From positions 9,424,001 through 9,488,000 of the forward strand of contig NC_043023.1 of assembly GCF_006345805.1 (NCBI RefSeq): 64,000 bases of DNA. Reading direction: 5' to 3'. The position numbers and the translations under genes are program-made. This document shows positions 1 through 12,183 of this stretch, piece after piece (the stretch's first letter is position 1; the number at the start of each line of letters is the position of its first letter). The notes under the pieces were generated by a model that saw only the letters and a list, made by a program, of their open reading frames with translations, had not been told where the DNA came from and did not search any database. The stretch comes from Octopus sinensis (Eukaryota).

Positions 1-204
1 TTTTAGGAAGAGGCAAATGAGTCGATGCCATAGTTCCTGATACTTTATTAGTACTTTGATGTATGGATGCCCATGAGGGATGAAATATAAAGTTGAACCC
101 TGTCTTCCCTCCGAAGTCGATAAGTTAAGGTAACAATCGAGTAATGATATCGATAGTATAGACTAACATCGCTTTCTCTCTCTCGCTCTCTCTCTCTCTC
201 AAAC

Positions 205-395
205 TTGCGCAGCTTGCCACGGAATCGTTAGCGCGCCGGACAAAAGGCTTAGCGGCATTTCGTCTGTCTTTACATTCTGTGCTCCAATTCCACCTCTCAA
301 ATTTCGTGATCAATAACATAAGTACCAGCTTAGCACTTTGGTCAATGTAATCGACTAACCTATTCACCAAAATTTCAAATCTTGTGCCAATAAAA
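205..395 (+). mobile_element. degenerate SINE (family C in this window)
   Basis: gaatcgttagcgcgccggacaaaaggcttagcggcatttcgtc matches the family C copies at 42988, 50604 and 55303. Confidence 0.6.
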
Positions 396-400
396 TAAAG

Positions 401-453
401 AATTATTATTATTATTATTATTATTATTATGATGATGATCATCGTCATCATCA

Positions 454-488
<35 letters not shown>

Positions 489-524
489 GTGACTATTATT
501 ATTGTGATTATTGTGATTATTGTG

Positions 525-575
<51 letters not shown>

Positions 576-848
576 ATTATTATAATTATTATTACTATTA
601 TTGTTATTATTATTGTGATTATTATTATTGTGATTATTATTATTATTATTATTATTATTGTGATTATTATTATTATTGTGATTATTATTGTGATTATTAT
701 TATTGTGATTATTATTATTATTATTATTATTATTAATATTATTATTATTGTGATTATTATTGTGATTATTATTATTATTATTATTAATATTATTATTATT
801 GTGATTATTATTATTATTATTATTATTATTAATATTATTATTATTGAG

Positions 849-909
<61 letters not shown>

Positions 910-988
910 TATTGTGATTATTATTGTGATTATTATTATTGTGATTATTATTATTATTATATATTATTATTATATTATTATTATTGTG

Positions 989-1051
<63 letters not shown>

Positions 1052-1053
1052 GT

Positions 1054-1118
<65 letters not shown>

Positions 1119-1136
1119 GTGATTATTATTATTGTG

Positions 1137-1181
<45 letters not shown>

Positions 1182-1235
1182 GTGATTATTATTGTGATTA
1201 TTATTATTATTATTATTAATATTATTATTATTGTG

Positions 1236-1266
<31 letters not shown>

Positions 1267-1279
1267 TATTATTATTGAG

Positions 1280-1319
<40 letters not shown>

Positions 1320-1341
1320 GTAGTAGTAGTAGTAGTAGTAG
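401..1341. repeat. (ATT)n microsatellite with ATTGTG variants, ending in (TAG)n
   Basis: directly visible; source of the poly-I/N/L ORFs. Confidence 0.97.
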
Positions 1342-1582
1342 TACATAATGGTAATGTCGTGAATTGGTAAAAACATGAAACGAAATACACTTTTATATTG
1401 AATGACGTTTTTCTGAATTTTCTGTCGATTTTTCAGTAAAATCTGTTTTAATATTTATCCCCCTGGGTCACTAATATAAAATATCAATCAAGGCCTGGCA
1501 TCTGTACGCCACCTCTGCAAAATAATACATATTCAATGCTTTGTGTGTGTGTTACATATCATTAACTTTGTTGTTTTTGTAG

Positions 1583-1727
1583 GCAGTGGCTGCTCTGTTA
1601 CACTACTTCCTTCTGACATCTTTCATCTGGATGGCTGTAGAAGCACTTCATATTTTCCTGGGCGTCGTTGTTGTATTCAACATATATCAGTCATCTTTTA
1701 TTAAGAAGTGTTCAATTTTGGCCTGGG
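1583..1727 (+). CDS. adhesion-type GPCR gene 1, TM3 exon
   Basis: ttgtAG acceptor; AVAALLHYFLLTSFIWMAVEALHIFLGVVVVFNIYQSSFIKKCSILAW-G; GTATGT donor; LHYFLL..F.WM.VEA is the family-2 7TM TM3 signature; phase 0 to phase 1. Confidence 0.92.
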
Positions 1728-2410
1728 GTATGTATGGCGGCTTTCTGTCTTTCTGTCTCTAATTCCATCTCTCTCTATCTCACACATTGTTTTCCTTCAT
1801 TTCTTTTCTCTTTCATTCTTTCATTCTCTCTTTATTTCTCTCCCTCTCTCTCTATCTATTTTCCCACACACTCTGTGTTAAAGTTTTGTATTGATAATAG
1901 TTGATTGGAAAAGGTTCACTTATTGATTTCATTGACCCGAAAATGGTGAAAGAATAAACTGACTTCCATGGGATTCGAACCCTGAGTACTGAACTAAACA
2001 CTTTAAATCATGTCTTTTGCAATTATGTAAGTGGGTGCTACCCAGTAAGGGGCTCAGTTTATTTTTCTCCGTTATGTTCTTCTAATGTTACAGAAAGTAT
2101 TGACAATTATTGCTGTAAAGCATTTAGGACAGTGCTTTATAGCCTCAGTCCTCTACATCGTAATCAATCTTGCAATATCTAAAAACACTTGTGAGACACG
2201 AAATTAAATTTCTGTTACTTAAAAGCAACCACAATCTAGGTTACCGCTTAGTCTCACAGTAAAATCCAGATTTATAAACCCAGAAGCATTAAATCCTTAG
2301 TGAAAATATCACTCCTATTGCACACTCGGTCAGCAGTGAACAGGCAGACTTATAATTGAGGACATTCTATTTATGACCATCCTGTCAATACAGCAAACAC
2401 TACAGTGTCC

Positions 2411-2678
2411 AAACTGAAAAGAAGCCCGTCGTATATATGTATATATATATATATATATATGTATGCGTGTGTGTGTTTGTGTGTCTGTGTTTGTCCCTCT
2501 AGCATTGCTTGACAACCGATGCTGGTGTGTTTATGTCCCCGTCACTTAGCGGTTCGGCAAAAGAGACTGATAGAATAAGTACTGGGCTTACAAAAGAATA
2601 AGTCCCGGGGTCGAGTTGCTCGACTAAAGGCGGTGCTCCAGCATGGCCGCAGTCAAATGACTGAAACAAGTAAAAGAG
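2411..2678 (+). mobile_element. SINE family A, 3' half
   Basis: gaagcccgtcg, (TA)(TG), then the gcattgcttgacaaccgatgctgg...gactgaaacaagtaaaaga tail shared with many copies. Confidence 0.85.
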
Positions 2679-3942
2679 AGAGTATGGGCTGAGACGTTTC
2701 GTGGATTCACATCTGACGATGAATATTCTTAGAAACCGATTCCTATTTATAAGTTAGGTGAAATAAAGAGATAATAAAGTAGACTTAAAGACACCAACAA
2801 ATAATCATATTTCTTATTCACCGACCTTCTCACTTCTATAATTTGATGGAAGTTGGAGATGCTATATCTTGGTTTAACTAAATAAGAATTTAGTTAAGGC
2901 TGAAGTTAGTTGACCAAATATCATATTAAGACGGAACCACCATAAGATATGTTGTTGTGGTGGTGGTCACTGTTTGACTTTAGATCAGTTCTACAGATTT
3001 ATGAACAGAAACATTCTTGACTTGAGAAGCTCCTCTTTCCAGAGATGGTTGTATTATACAATCTTGCCTTCTTTTTTAAAGAGAGTAAGGTATTATTCCC
3101 CCGTGACAATATTTGCTCCTCTTTCATGACTGTAGAAAATTTGAACATAAACCATATCTTAGAGAGAGCCACAAAAAACAATTCATGTCTTAATATAATC
3201 AACTTGGAACAGGAAATATGCTAAATAACTTAATTGATAAGTGGTCGAATTAGATATTAATTTTGACTTAGTCAAGATGATAGCTCAACCAACAATAAAT
3301 GCAGATGATCAATTTGATTATATCAGAAAGCTAGCAGGATAAACAGTGGTGACCTTCGCTTGAACAGATTGGTAAATTGATAAGATGAGAAAGTAGTTGA
3401 AGCGAGATGTAAATATCTATACATGTGTAAGAAGATTATCCTTAAATCCTTAAATCCTTAAAAGTGTTTCAGTCCGATGGCCGCGGCCATGCTGGGGCAC
3501 CAGGGTAAGCTATTAGAGCAGCCTAAAATTACATTTTCCTTCAGACAGTTTCACTTCGATCTCATCTCTAAGACTTACTCATTTTGCACTTTCACCTGAT
3601 GCACCAAGTAATGTGTGAAGAGGTTAGTGAGAGTGAACTTTTGTTGTCTTCTGTGTAATTTGATCTTTACACCATTGTCCAGAACGTCCAGTATTTTTTC
3701 ACTTTTTGTTTCCCACTAAAACACATATTTGATAGAATCGAAGTTCTATGTTAGCCGTACATATTCTTGAGACCAAAGGATCAAATGTCTAGGTGTGGCC
3801 TGTTTGAGATACGAAATATATTATTAATTTCTTTTGGGAAAAACATAATCAACTATATCGATTCAAATTTCATATGTTTATTATTATAAATTTTCATTAA
3901 CATCTACATATGCTTATTCCTTTCTGTAAATATCGTTGTCAG

Positions 3943-4015
3943 GTATTCCAGCTGTCATTGTCATAATTACTCTGGCAATTAACAACACAAACAATTACAT
4001 CAAAAGTGATCAAGC
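3943..4015 (+). CDS. adhesion-type GPCR gene 1, TM4 exon
   Basis: tcAG acceptor; G-IPAVIVIITLAINNTNNYIKSDQ-A; GTAAGT donor; 73 nt, phase 1 to phase 2, in frame with both neighbours. Confidence 0.9.
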
Positions 4016-4711
4016 GTAAGTATTTATGTGTTTTATTGCCCTAATTTTATGTTGTCTTCGCAATTAATATTACTCGATTTATTTATGCGTTGAATAATGA
4101 AGAAGCTACCATCAAGATGAAGCCAAGGATCTGATCCCTAGTAGCTACACACTGATACTGTTTTTGCTTTCTTTCTTTTTGGATGTCTGTCTTTTCATCT
4201 GCTCCGCCTTTCAATTCACTAAGACTAAATATCTATTAGGACATAGCTTAAAAAATATGGATGAAAGTAATATACAAAAATAAAACAAAAACATGTACAT
4301 CAAGGCAGATGTGTGCAACTTCGCAACGGCACTTCGGGCGATTGTTCAGTAAAATCGAAAGCGGCGGTGAACTTTAGTTCCTATCTTGTTGGGCTACTGC
4401 GGCCTTCGGCGGCTGATGCAGAATGCTGCGAAAAGCTGATAACGGCAGTCGAGATACCAGAAACATTGAGCGACTGTAAGACGCGTAAATCGTCTTTTGG
4501 GGCTGGTCTACCAAACAAGTTTTATATATATATATGCCAGACGTATTCGCCGATGTCTACTCCAACGGAAAACAAAATGGGATAATTCCCAGTTTTTTTA
4601 GTAATTCCGATGAAGGAAAGCGCAAACAGGGGCGGAGACGGAACTCAAAATTCCCAGCCCATACCTCTACTCCACACAGAGATTAATGATTGATTTTCTA
4701 TTTCTTTGTAG

Positions 4712-5103
4712 CTGTTGGTTATCCAGCACGGCTTTCTATGCTGCCCTCCTGGCTCCCGTGGCGCTCATCCTCCTCTTCAACATTACTACGTTTTCTCTCG
4801 TTATGAGGAGTCTTAACTCAATGCAAAATGACAAGAAATTTGAACACAAACCAAAAAAAGTACGTGTTTTTGGCATCGTTGGATTGTGTTTCCTGCTTGG
4901 ATTTCCCTGGCTCTTACCATTCTTTGGTTTTGGTGAAGCAGCTGAAGTGTTTCACCTTCTTTTTGCTATATTCACTCCCCTTCAAGGAATGTTTATCTTC
5001 CTATGCTACTGTATATATAAAAAAGATACAAGAGACGTCATTTGCCTGTTCGTATGTAAACGAAAAACATGGGAGCTGTGGGAAGATCCGAAGAATATAA
5101 AAA
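4712..5103 (+). CDS. adhesion-type GPCR gene 1, TM5-TM7 exon
   Basis: gtAG acceptor; CWLSSTAFYAALLAPVALILLFN...GLCFLLGFPW...LQGMFIFLCYC; GTAAGT donor at 5104, conserved in the paralogue at 63784. Confidence 0.92.
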
Positions 5104-5219
5104 GTAAGTGTAATTTGGTCTCTTTAATTGCTAGAGTCACAAAAACCAATAGTGTCATGATGTTACAATCAATATCATCACTTTTAGGATAGACTTCGTC
5201 ATAAATATCAACACCACTG

Positions 5220-5274
<55 letters not shown>

Positions 5275-5300
5275 TATATACAAGTATATATCCTCACTAC

Positions 5301-5401
<101 letters not shown>

Positions 5402-5607
5402 CGTCATCTACCCGTACTCATGTAAACGAAACAAAGTAGATATGAAGGCAAGCTATGAAGGATTTTGCGTCTCTTATTCCTTCCACCAACAAAACCAATT
5501 CTGTCTTGAGGGAAATAATCATAATCTTCATTTCTCAAAACTCCATCACTACCAACGTTACAACTCTTCATCATAAACATCAATTTCGCTGTCATCCTCA
5601 TCGTTCT

Positions 5608-5698
<91 letters not shown>

Positions 5699-5700
5699 TG

Positions 5701-5738
<38 letters not shown>

Positions 5739-5760
5739 CATACATACATACATACACAGA

Positions 5761-5802
<42 letters not shown>

Positions 5803-5874
5803 ATAATATTGGGGAGTAAATCCAAACTTACCGCGAAAAATTAGATTTAGTATTAAATCTAATTTTACAGTATA

Positions 5875-6290
5875 AATATATATATATTAAATTAGAGATA
5901 AAACTACTATTAGGAAAATCAAACAGTGAAAAACATAAACCAAAACAGAAATAAAATTAATTAATATAATATACAAAATATATAAAATATAAAATTCAAA
6001 TTTAAATTATTTAAATTTAAAGCTAAAAATTAAGAATTTTTAAAAAATTATTAATTTATACTTATAAATTTATATATTTATGTATATATATATATATATA
6101 AATATTTATTATTATTTTTTATTTTTATTTTTATTTTTTATTTATTTAATTATATATTTATTAAAATTTTTTTTTTTTTATTTATTTATTTTTATTTTTA
6201 TTTTTTTTTTAATAAAATATATTATATTAAATATATATAACTATCAAAAAGTATCAAAAATTTAATAAAAGGTAAAAAACAAGTTATTTC
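5875..6290 (-). mobile_element. AT-rich non-autonomous element tail next to (TA)n
   Basis: near-identical to 46565-46870 and reverse-complement to 35065-35185 and 37235-37330. Confidence 0.6.
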
Positions 6291-6785
6291 GTGTGTATGT
6301 ATGTATGTATGTGAGTGTGCTCACGTGTGTGTGCCTGTGTGTGTGCGAGTGTGTGTGTGTGTATGTGCGTAGTAAACATTAAAGAACAGATATCCTAAAA
6401 CATCACTATACGTGTTTCAATAGCATGTTATTTCTCTCTAATATAATGTGTATTATATGTTACATTATGTAAACTCTCATATAGGCGTGAGTGGATTTGG
6501 TAGACAGAAACTGAAAGAAGCCCGTCGTATATATGTTTATATATATATTAACAATTGAGGATAAAATCTTTAAAAGAAATTATCAGTAGTTAGCGTAAAA
6601 AACCTCGTAAGAGAAGAAATCCGTAAATTTTTCCACTTTGAGAATATTTATTTATATTATATTGAGGGTACTACTATTCGTAGATACCATACGCTAAGAG
6701 GGACCAATGCGGTCAAAACTATTAAAATAAACAAAATTTTGCCGAATGCAAAACTTCAAAGCAAATCATTTAAAAAAAGAATTTA

Positions 6786-6849
6786 GTTACATATCACCTG
6801 TGATTTCGCAATTAATGCAGAATATGCATTCCATGTTCATCAGTGCAAC
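6786..6849 (-). ncRNA. type I hammerhead ribozyme
   Basis: reverse complement of the 7085-7148 motif; differs in the stem II loop (tattc vs tatcc). Confidence 0.7.
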
Positions 6850-7084
6850 AAACTCAAGATATATAAGAAAAAACATAACGTTACAAGCTCGATAGCCAAC
6901 GGAATAGTTCAATACTGAATTTTTATTCCGAGTAAGCAATTTGTTACCGAATAAGCCCGCCATTGCGAATAAGCCCGCCATTTTCATTGATATGTAAAGA
7001 TAAACATTCGTACATGCTACGACGAATTCTGCGGTTGGCTATCGAGCTTGTAACGTTATGTTTTTTCTTATATATCTTGAGTTT

Positions 7085-7148
7085 GTTGCACTGATGAACA
7101 TGGAATGCATATCCTGCATTAATTGCGAAATCACAGGTGATATGTAAC
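7085..7148 (+). ncRNA. type I hammerhead ribozyme
   Basis: gttgca-CTGATGA-acatgg aatgca tatcc tgcatt aattgc-GAAA-tcac ag gtga-TA-tgtaac; stems I-III pair; predicted cut after A7142 (AUA). Confidence 0.72.
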
Positions 7149-7292
7149 TAAATTCCTTTTTTTAAATGATTTGCTTTGAAGTTTTTCATTCGGTAAAACT
7201 TTGTTTATTTTAGTAGTTTTGACCGCATTGGTCCCTCTTAGCGTATGGTATCTACGAATAGTAGTACCCTCAATATAATATATATATATATA

Positions 7293-7576
7293 GGCGCATG
7301 GTTCCGGGTTCAATCCCACTGCGTGGCACCTTAGGCAAGTGTCTTCTGCTATAGCCTCGGGCCGACCAAAGTCTTGTGAGTGGATTTGGTAGACGGAAAT
7401 ATATGTGTGTGTGTGCGTGTATGTAGGTGTGTCTGTGTTTATCCCCCTAGTATTGCTTGACAACCGATGCTGGTGTGTCACTTTGCGGTTCGGCAAAAGA
7501 ATAAGTCTCGGGGTCGAGTTGCTCGATTAAAGGCGGTGCTCCAGCATGGCCGCAGTCAAATGACTGAAACAAGTAG
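7293..7576 (+). mobile_element. SINE family A with internal deletions
   Basis: ggttccgggttcaatcccactgcgtggcacc head and the family A tail. Confidence 0.85.
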
Positions 7577-8042
7577 AAGGAAAAGGAAGGATATCCACAT
7601 TGTCGTGAATTCGATCCTTTATCTCGGATGATATCCAGCCATCGGGTAAAATAGAATCAATGTACGAAAAGAGAGATATTTATAAACAAACAATGAAATA
7701 GGAATCTTCGAAATGGAATGGGGAGGTTAATGCCGGTGACGAATCAAACTGCATGATTTGAAAGGCAAATAAATTTATTTTATGATCAGTGAACGTCTTG
7801 TAGTAAACAGTACAGCTTCCAAAGGGACTGGCACCAAGGCGCCCACCAGAACACGTCTGCTCTTAAGATAACTGATCAGAAATACAATTCGTAGCTTTTA
7901 GTGACATGTGTGAAATATATCGTACATATCCATATATATATATATACACACACATATGCCAGATAGATATTCATTTAGCAATGTAGAAAATTAAACCACA
8001 AAGATAATGCATAAATATACATAAAGCTATAGACCCACGTAC

Positions 8043-8515
8043 GGAGGCGCAATGGCCCAGTGGTTAGGATCTGAAGATCGCGGTTTCGATTCCCAGACCG
8101 GGCGTTGTGTGTGTTTATTGAACGAAAATACCTAAAAGCTCCATGAGGACCCGGCAGGGCATGGTGGTGACCCCTGTTGTACTCTTTCGCCCCAACTTTC
8201 TCTCACTCTTATTGAACGAAAACACCTAAAAGCTCCATGAAGACCCGGCAGGGGATGGTGGTGACCCCTATTGTACTCTTTCGCCACAACTTTCTCTCAC
8301 TCTTATTGAACGAAAACACTTAAAAACTCTATGAGGACCCGGCAGGTGATGGTGGTGACCCCTGTTGTACTCTTTCGCCCCAACTTTCTCTCGCTCTTTC
8401 TTCCTGTTTCTTGAGTAACGCTGCGATGGACTGGCGTCCCGTCCAGCAGGGGGAACACATACGCCACAGAAACCGGAAAACCGGGTCCATGAGCCTGGTT
8501 AGGCTTAAAAGGGTG
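8043..8515 (+). mobile_element. tRNA-derived SINE family B with an internal ~95-bp triplication
   Basis: ggaggcgcaatggcccagtggttagg head; ttattgaacgaaaa...ctttctctc occurs three times between about 8114 and 8400. Confidence 0.85.
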
Positions 8516-8873
8516 ACGTACGTTATAGACCCACGATATATATAAACACAACCGTGCAAACCTTTGACTGAAATGGAACTAAACAGTTCATCATTTTATA
8601 TAAAGTTGCCTAGTTGCTCTGGAAAATATTCTTGAACCGCATTTGCTAATATCTTACAATATATCCCCGATAATCAATCACTTACAGCTAGTTTGTGTAA
8701 CAATGGTTTTGTATATAAATTGCGTTGCTTATACTTCCTTCTTATGCAGTAATATTTTTCATGTGTGGAAAACCAGTTGATGACAATTGTTGCTATTTTT
8801 AAATTTTAAGTGCCAAGAATTATTTGTGTTTAAAAATCAATATTTTATATAATTGTTCTCATTATGTTTCTAG

Positions 8874-8926
8874 GTCCAAGCACCAGTAAGGAAAAAAGAA
8901 ATAAAACAGCAGAAACGGACTTATAA
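8874..8926 (+). CDS. adhesion-type GPCR gene 1, probable terminal exon (SPSTSKEKRNKTAETDL*)
   Basis: atgtttctAG acceptor; phase 1 matches the 5104 donor; TAA at 8924-8926; ends in class I PDZ-type T-x-L. Confidence 0.58.
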
Positions 8927-10289
8927 ATGAAAATCAAGAAAATATCTTCAAGATTATATTTTGCGTCAAAAATCTAAATGTTCTTATTAAGCATTTCTCC
9001 ATTTAACTTAGCTTTATTTTTACCTCTCAATACAACACTATGTAATTAAGAGACTGTATAATCCGCAATAATATAATTTTCAACATGCTTACTTGTATGA
9101 CTATGCAGAAAACCTGAAGAACTTGCTTGATTTCAGAGGCAGTAACTAAATTTTTGCTGCCAATTTCATATTTACTATTTTACATTCTCAATATAATCTA
9201 TAATATACAATATAACATATAATATAATATAATATACAATATATATAATATAATCTATAATATACAAAGAGTCTCCTTTGTTCATAATTTTCTTCAAAAA
9301 ACTAAATTTACTTCTTATATTACATTAAACAATTTTCAATATTTATACATTTAACCTTTATTGATAATACAATACCGTTCAGCTAAAATACTGTATAATC
9401 CGTAATAATGTAATTTTAAACAAATCTAAGTGCATAACTCTTGGCTGAAACGCAGAAAACCTGAAAAACATGCTGCATTTCAACGGCAGTAAATATATTC
9501 TAGCTACCAATTACATATTTACGTTTTTACTTTATCGGATATTCTATAATGTGTGTGTCTGTCGGTTCACGATTCACCTTTGATCATATTTTGCTTCAAA
9601 ACACTAAATTTTCTTCTAATATTATATCAAACATACTTCCATCTAACGTAGCTTTATTTTTGCCTATTAATACAACGCTATGCAACGATGAGATTATAAT
9701 CTGCAATGATGTAATTTTAAACGAGGCTACGTACCTGACTTTTGAAAATCTTATCGCAATTTAAAATCTTTCCATATTTTCTAGTTGTAACTTTCACTAT
9801 TGCCTTCCTTTTCAATGTAATATTTAAATTCTTCTGAATAAAGTGGTTTCTTACTACAACTTTTCGGAAATTCAGCTTTATCTATAACTATAAAACTAAT
9901 AAATTTAGATATAATATGAACCTGTCTCACAATGTTTATTTCTCCTGAATAGCCAAGTTATTTTTGTACATTTTTCCTATCATTATCTTTTATCGTTGAC
10001 TGGATTCAGTCATCAGACTGTGGCCATGTGTGGGCATGCATGAAAGACATTTCAACGAACGAATCGACCGCATAACAACTTTCATTAAGACTGGCACTTC
10101 TAACAGTTTATGTTTGCCAAACCTCAAATTTATGGGGCCATAAACACACCAACACCAATTCTCAAGCTCTGGCCTGGGCAGAAACACATAAGCACGCGCA
10201 CAGACATACATACACACACACACACAAACACACAGACACAGATACACATACACACACACACACACACACTCACACTCACACATGCACTT

Positions 10290-10437
10290 AGTTTGTTTCG
10301 GCTTCCGTCTACCAAATCTGCTCCGAAGGCTTTGGTCGGCCGGGGGCTATAGAAGAGAGTTGTCCCCAAAACTGCCGTGGGACTGAACTCGACACCGTGT
10401 GGCTGGGAAGCAAACTTCTTACCACACAACCACACAC
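10290..10437 (-). mobile_element. diverged SINE family A-related copy
   Basis: reverse complement contains gtgtggtaagaagtttgcttccc...cagtccc...ccgaccaaagcc...tttggtagacggaa. Confidence 0.7.
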
Positions 10438-10652
10438 TGGCTTCTAAACGAAATATTAATTAATGCTGCATTATCAAACTTCACTAATTTAGATATACTG
10501 CGCTAATTAGACCATCTATGAAGACGTAAAGAGCCAAATACATAGAGATACAAAAAAGAGGAAAAAAAAAGAGAAAACAGATAAAATATTAGATAATCTG
10601 ATCGGTAACCAGATATACAGAGAGACAAATTATATATATATATATATATATG

Positions 10653-10768
<116 letters not shown>

Positions 10769-10769
10769 T

Positions 10770-12183
10770 TATGTCAGGTCGCTCTAGAGTGCTACTGGTA
10801 ACATGTAATCCAGTACAACCTGTTGCATGGTCGGGACGTCGGCGACTAAACTGACAACCCCACCAGGTTCGTTTGGTGAGGAGGGTGCTGTTGGACTCCC
10901 TGTGGGATGGAAAAATAAGACCCAACAAAGGGCGGATGAACTTCTGAAGAGTCAACGGCCATCCAACAAAATACCGGCCTGCCCGCCCAGCCAGTGGGAT
11001 GGCGTCATCTTATGGCTAAAACAGCACGAAGAACGAAGAGAAAAGGAAAAGGGCCTCAGTACCCTGCACGTCAATCGGGCCACTCCATGACGGCGGAGTG
11101 CAACTCGAGCGACGCGAGGCTGCTAAGAATCACAGGTTCCCGAAAGCTGTCATGGAACAGGACTAAACTTGCCATTTGCACCTACAACTGCAGGTCTATG
11201 GCAGGGTGCAAGAACTGAACCACCTAATGGAGGAGAGGAAGAAGATCAGGTGCGACGTGTTAGGGCTGTGCGAGACACGCTGAAAGAAGGAAGCGAGGAT
11301 ACGATTGCAAGATGGATGCACTGTGAGATTAGAAAGAGCAGAAGGTGCTAGATCGGTCGGAGGTATCGGATTCATAGTAAGTAAGGAATGGGCTTCGAGG
11401 GTCGCTTCTTGCCACTTCATATCATCACGGATTGGTGTACTAAATGTGAACCTCTCAGGGAGGGCCACCCTCAAGATTGTCCAGACCAATGCTCCCACAT
11501 GTGCCAGCGACGACGATTAGGTGGAAGAATTCTATCGACAACTAGACAAAGGGCTGGCTATGAAGTCCACTTACACTGTCGTGATGGGAGACCAACGCAA
11601 AGGTTGGACATGGATGACAAGGAGAGGAGTACGTCGGGAGATTTGGCATGGGAGAGAGAAACGAGAGAGGAGAACGTTTGGCTACCATTGCAGAGGCGAG
11701 GCAGCTCTACATGGGAAACAGTCTATTCAGGAAGAGGGAGAGGAGGAGATGGACTTCGATATCGCCGAACTCTAAGCACCGAAGCGAGATCGACTACATC
11801 CTGGTTGATAAGCGACGCATATTGCATGACGTCTCCGTCGTGACGCCATTCAACACCGGCGAGAAGAGGGAGAAGATGGCGTTATATTTGGCGTCGAAGG
11901 GAAAACGTGTCCGAGTCTACAACGAGGCAAAGCTGCAGGAAGCCATCATGCAGGAAGACTGGTGCCAAGGAGACGACATAGATGATGACTACAACTCACT
12001 GATAGGGAAACTGAAGGAGTGTTTAAGGAAGGCTAAGGGTGTATGCCCAAGAGAAAAGAAGGGAAGAATCTCGGAAGAAACTACGAAGTTACTCGAGAAT
12101 AGGAAAAATATGAAGAGGACTATTGAAGATCACCTTGAATATTCCATTCTCAGCAGAGTGATTCGTCAGCAACTAAAAAAAAA
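10770..12183 (+). mobile_element. RTE-like LINE, 5' UTR plus degenerate AP-endonuclease region, interrupted
   Basis: LAICTYNCRS, VGGIGFIV, IVQTNAPT, YMGNSLF, SEIDYIL in shifted frames; ends where the PLE begins. Confidence 0.8.

Larger units (their letters stand above)
6552..7280. mobile_element. non-coding PLE/pLTR-like element: inverted copy plus direct copy, each with a hammerhead
   Basis: arm about 6653-6902 is the reverse complement of about 7031-7280; shares motifs (gtccctcttag, gctaactac, cccgccatt) with the 35.7-37.2 kb array. Confidence 0.75.

Noticed and set aside
125-1390. Long ORFs rich in I/N/L/Y
   Set aside because: They are translations of (ATT)n, with no splice or domain support.
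5104-5192. ORF-track C-terminus SKCNLVSLIARV... of gene 1
   Set aside because: A GTAAGT donor at 5104 is conserved in both paralogues and a phase-compatible exon exists at 8874. Read-through is less likely but not excluded.
8114-8400. CRISPR-like regular repeats (also 49300-49560 and 50650-51015)
   Set aside because: These are head-to-tail duplications inside SINE or Helentron-like elements, with no unique spacers and a eukaryotic context.
9112-9170. CTGAAGA as a hammerhead core (also CTGATGA at about 39236 and CTGACGA at about 2713)
   Set aside because: No properly placed GAAA-stem III-UH or stem I partner.
10770-10860. HDV-like ribozyme in the RTE 5' UTR (tgtcag/ctgaca helix preceded by ctaaa)
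   Set aside because: The segment between the putative P2 and P4 is too long and lacks a P3/L3/P1.1 pattern; any P1 5' strand is replaced by (TA)n.
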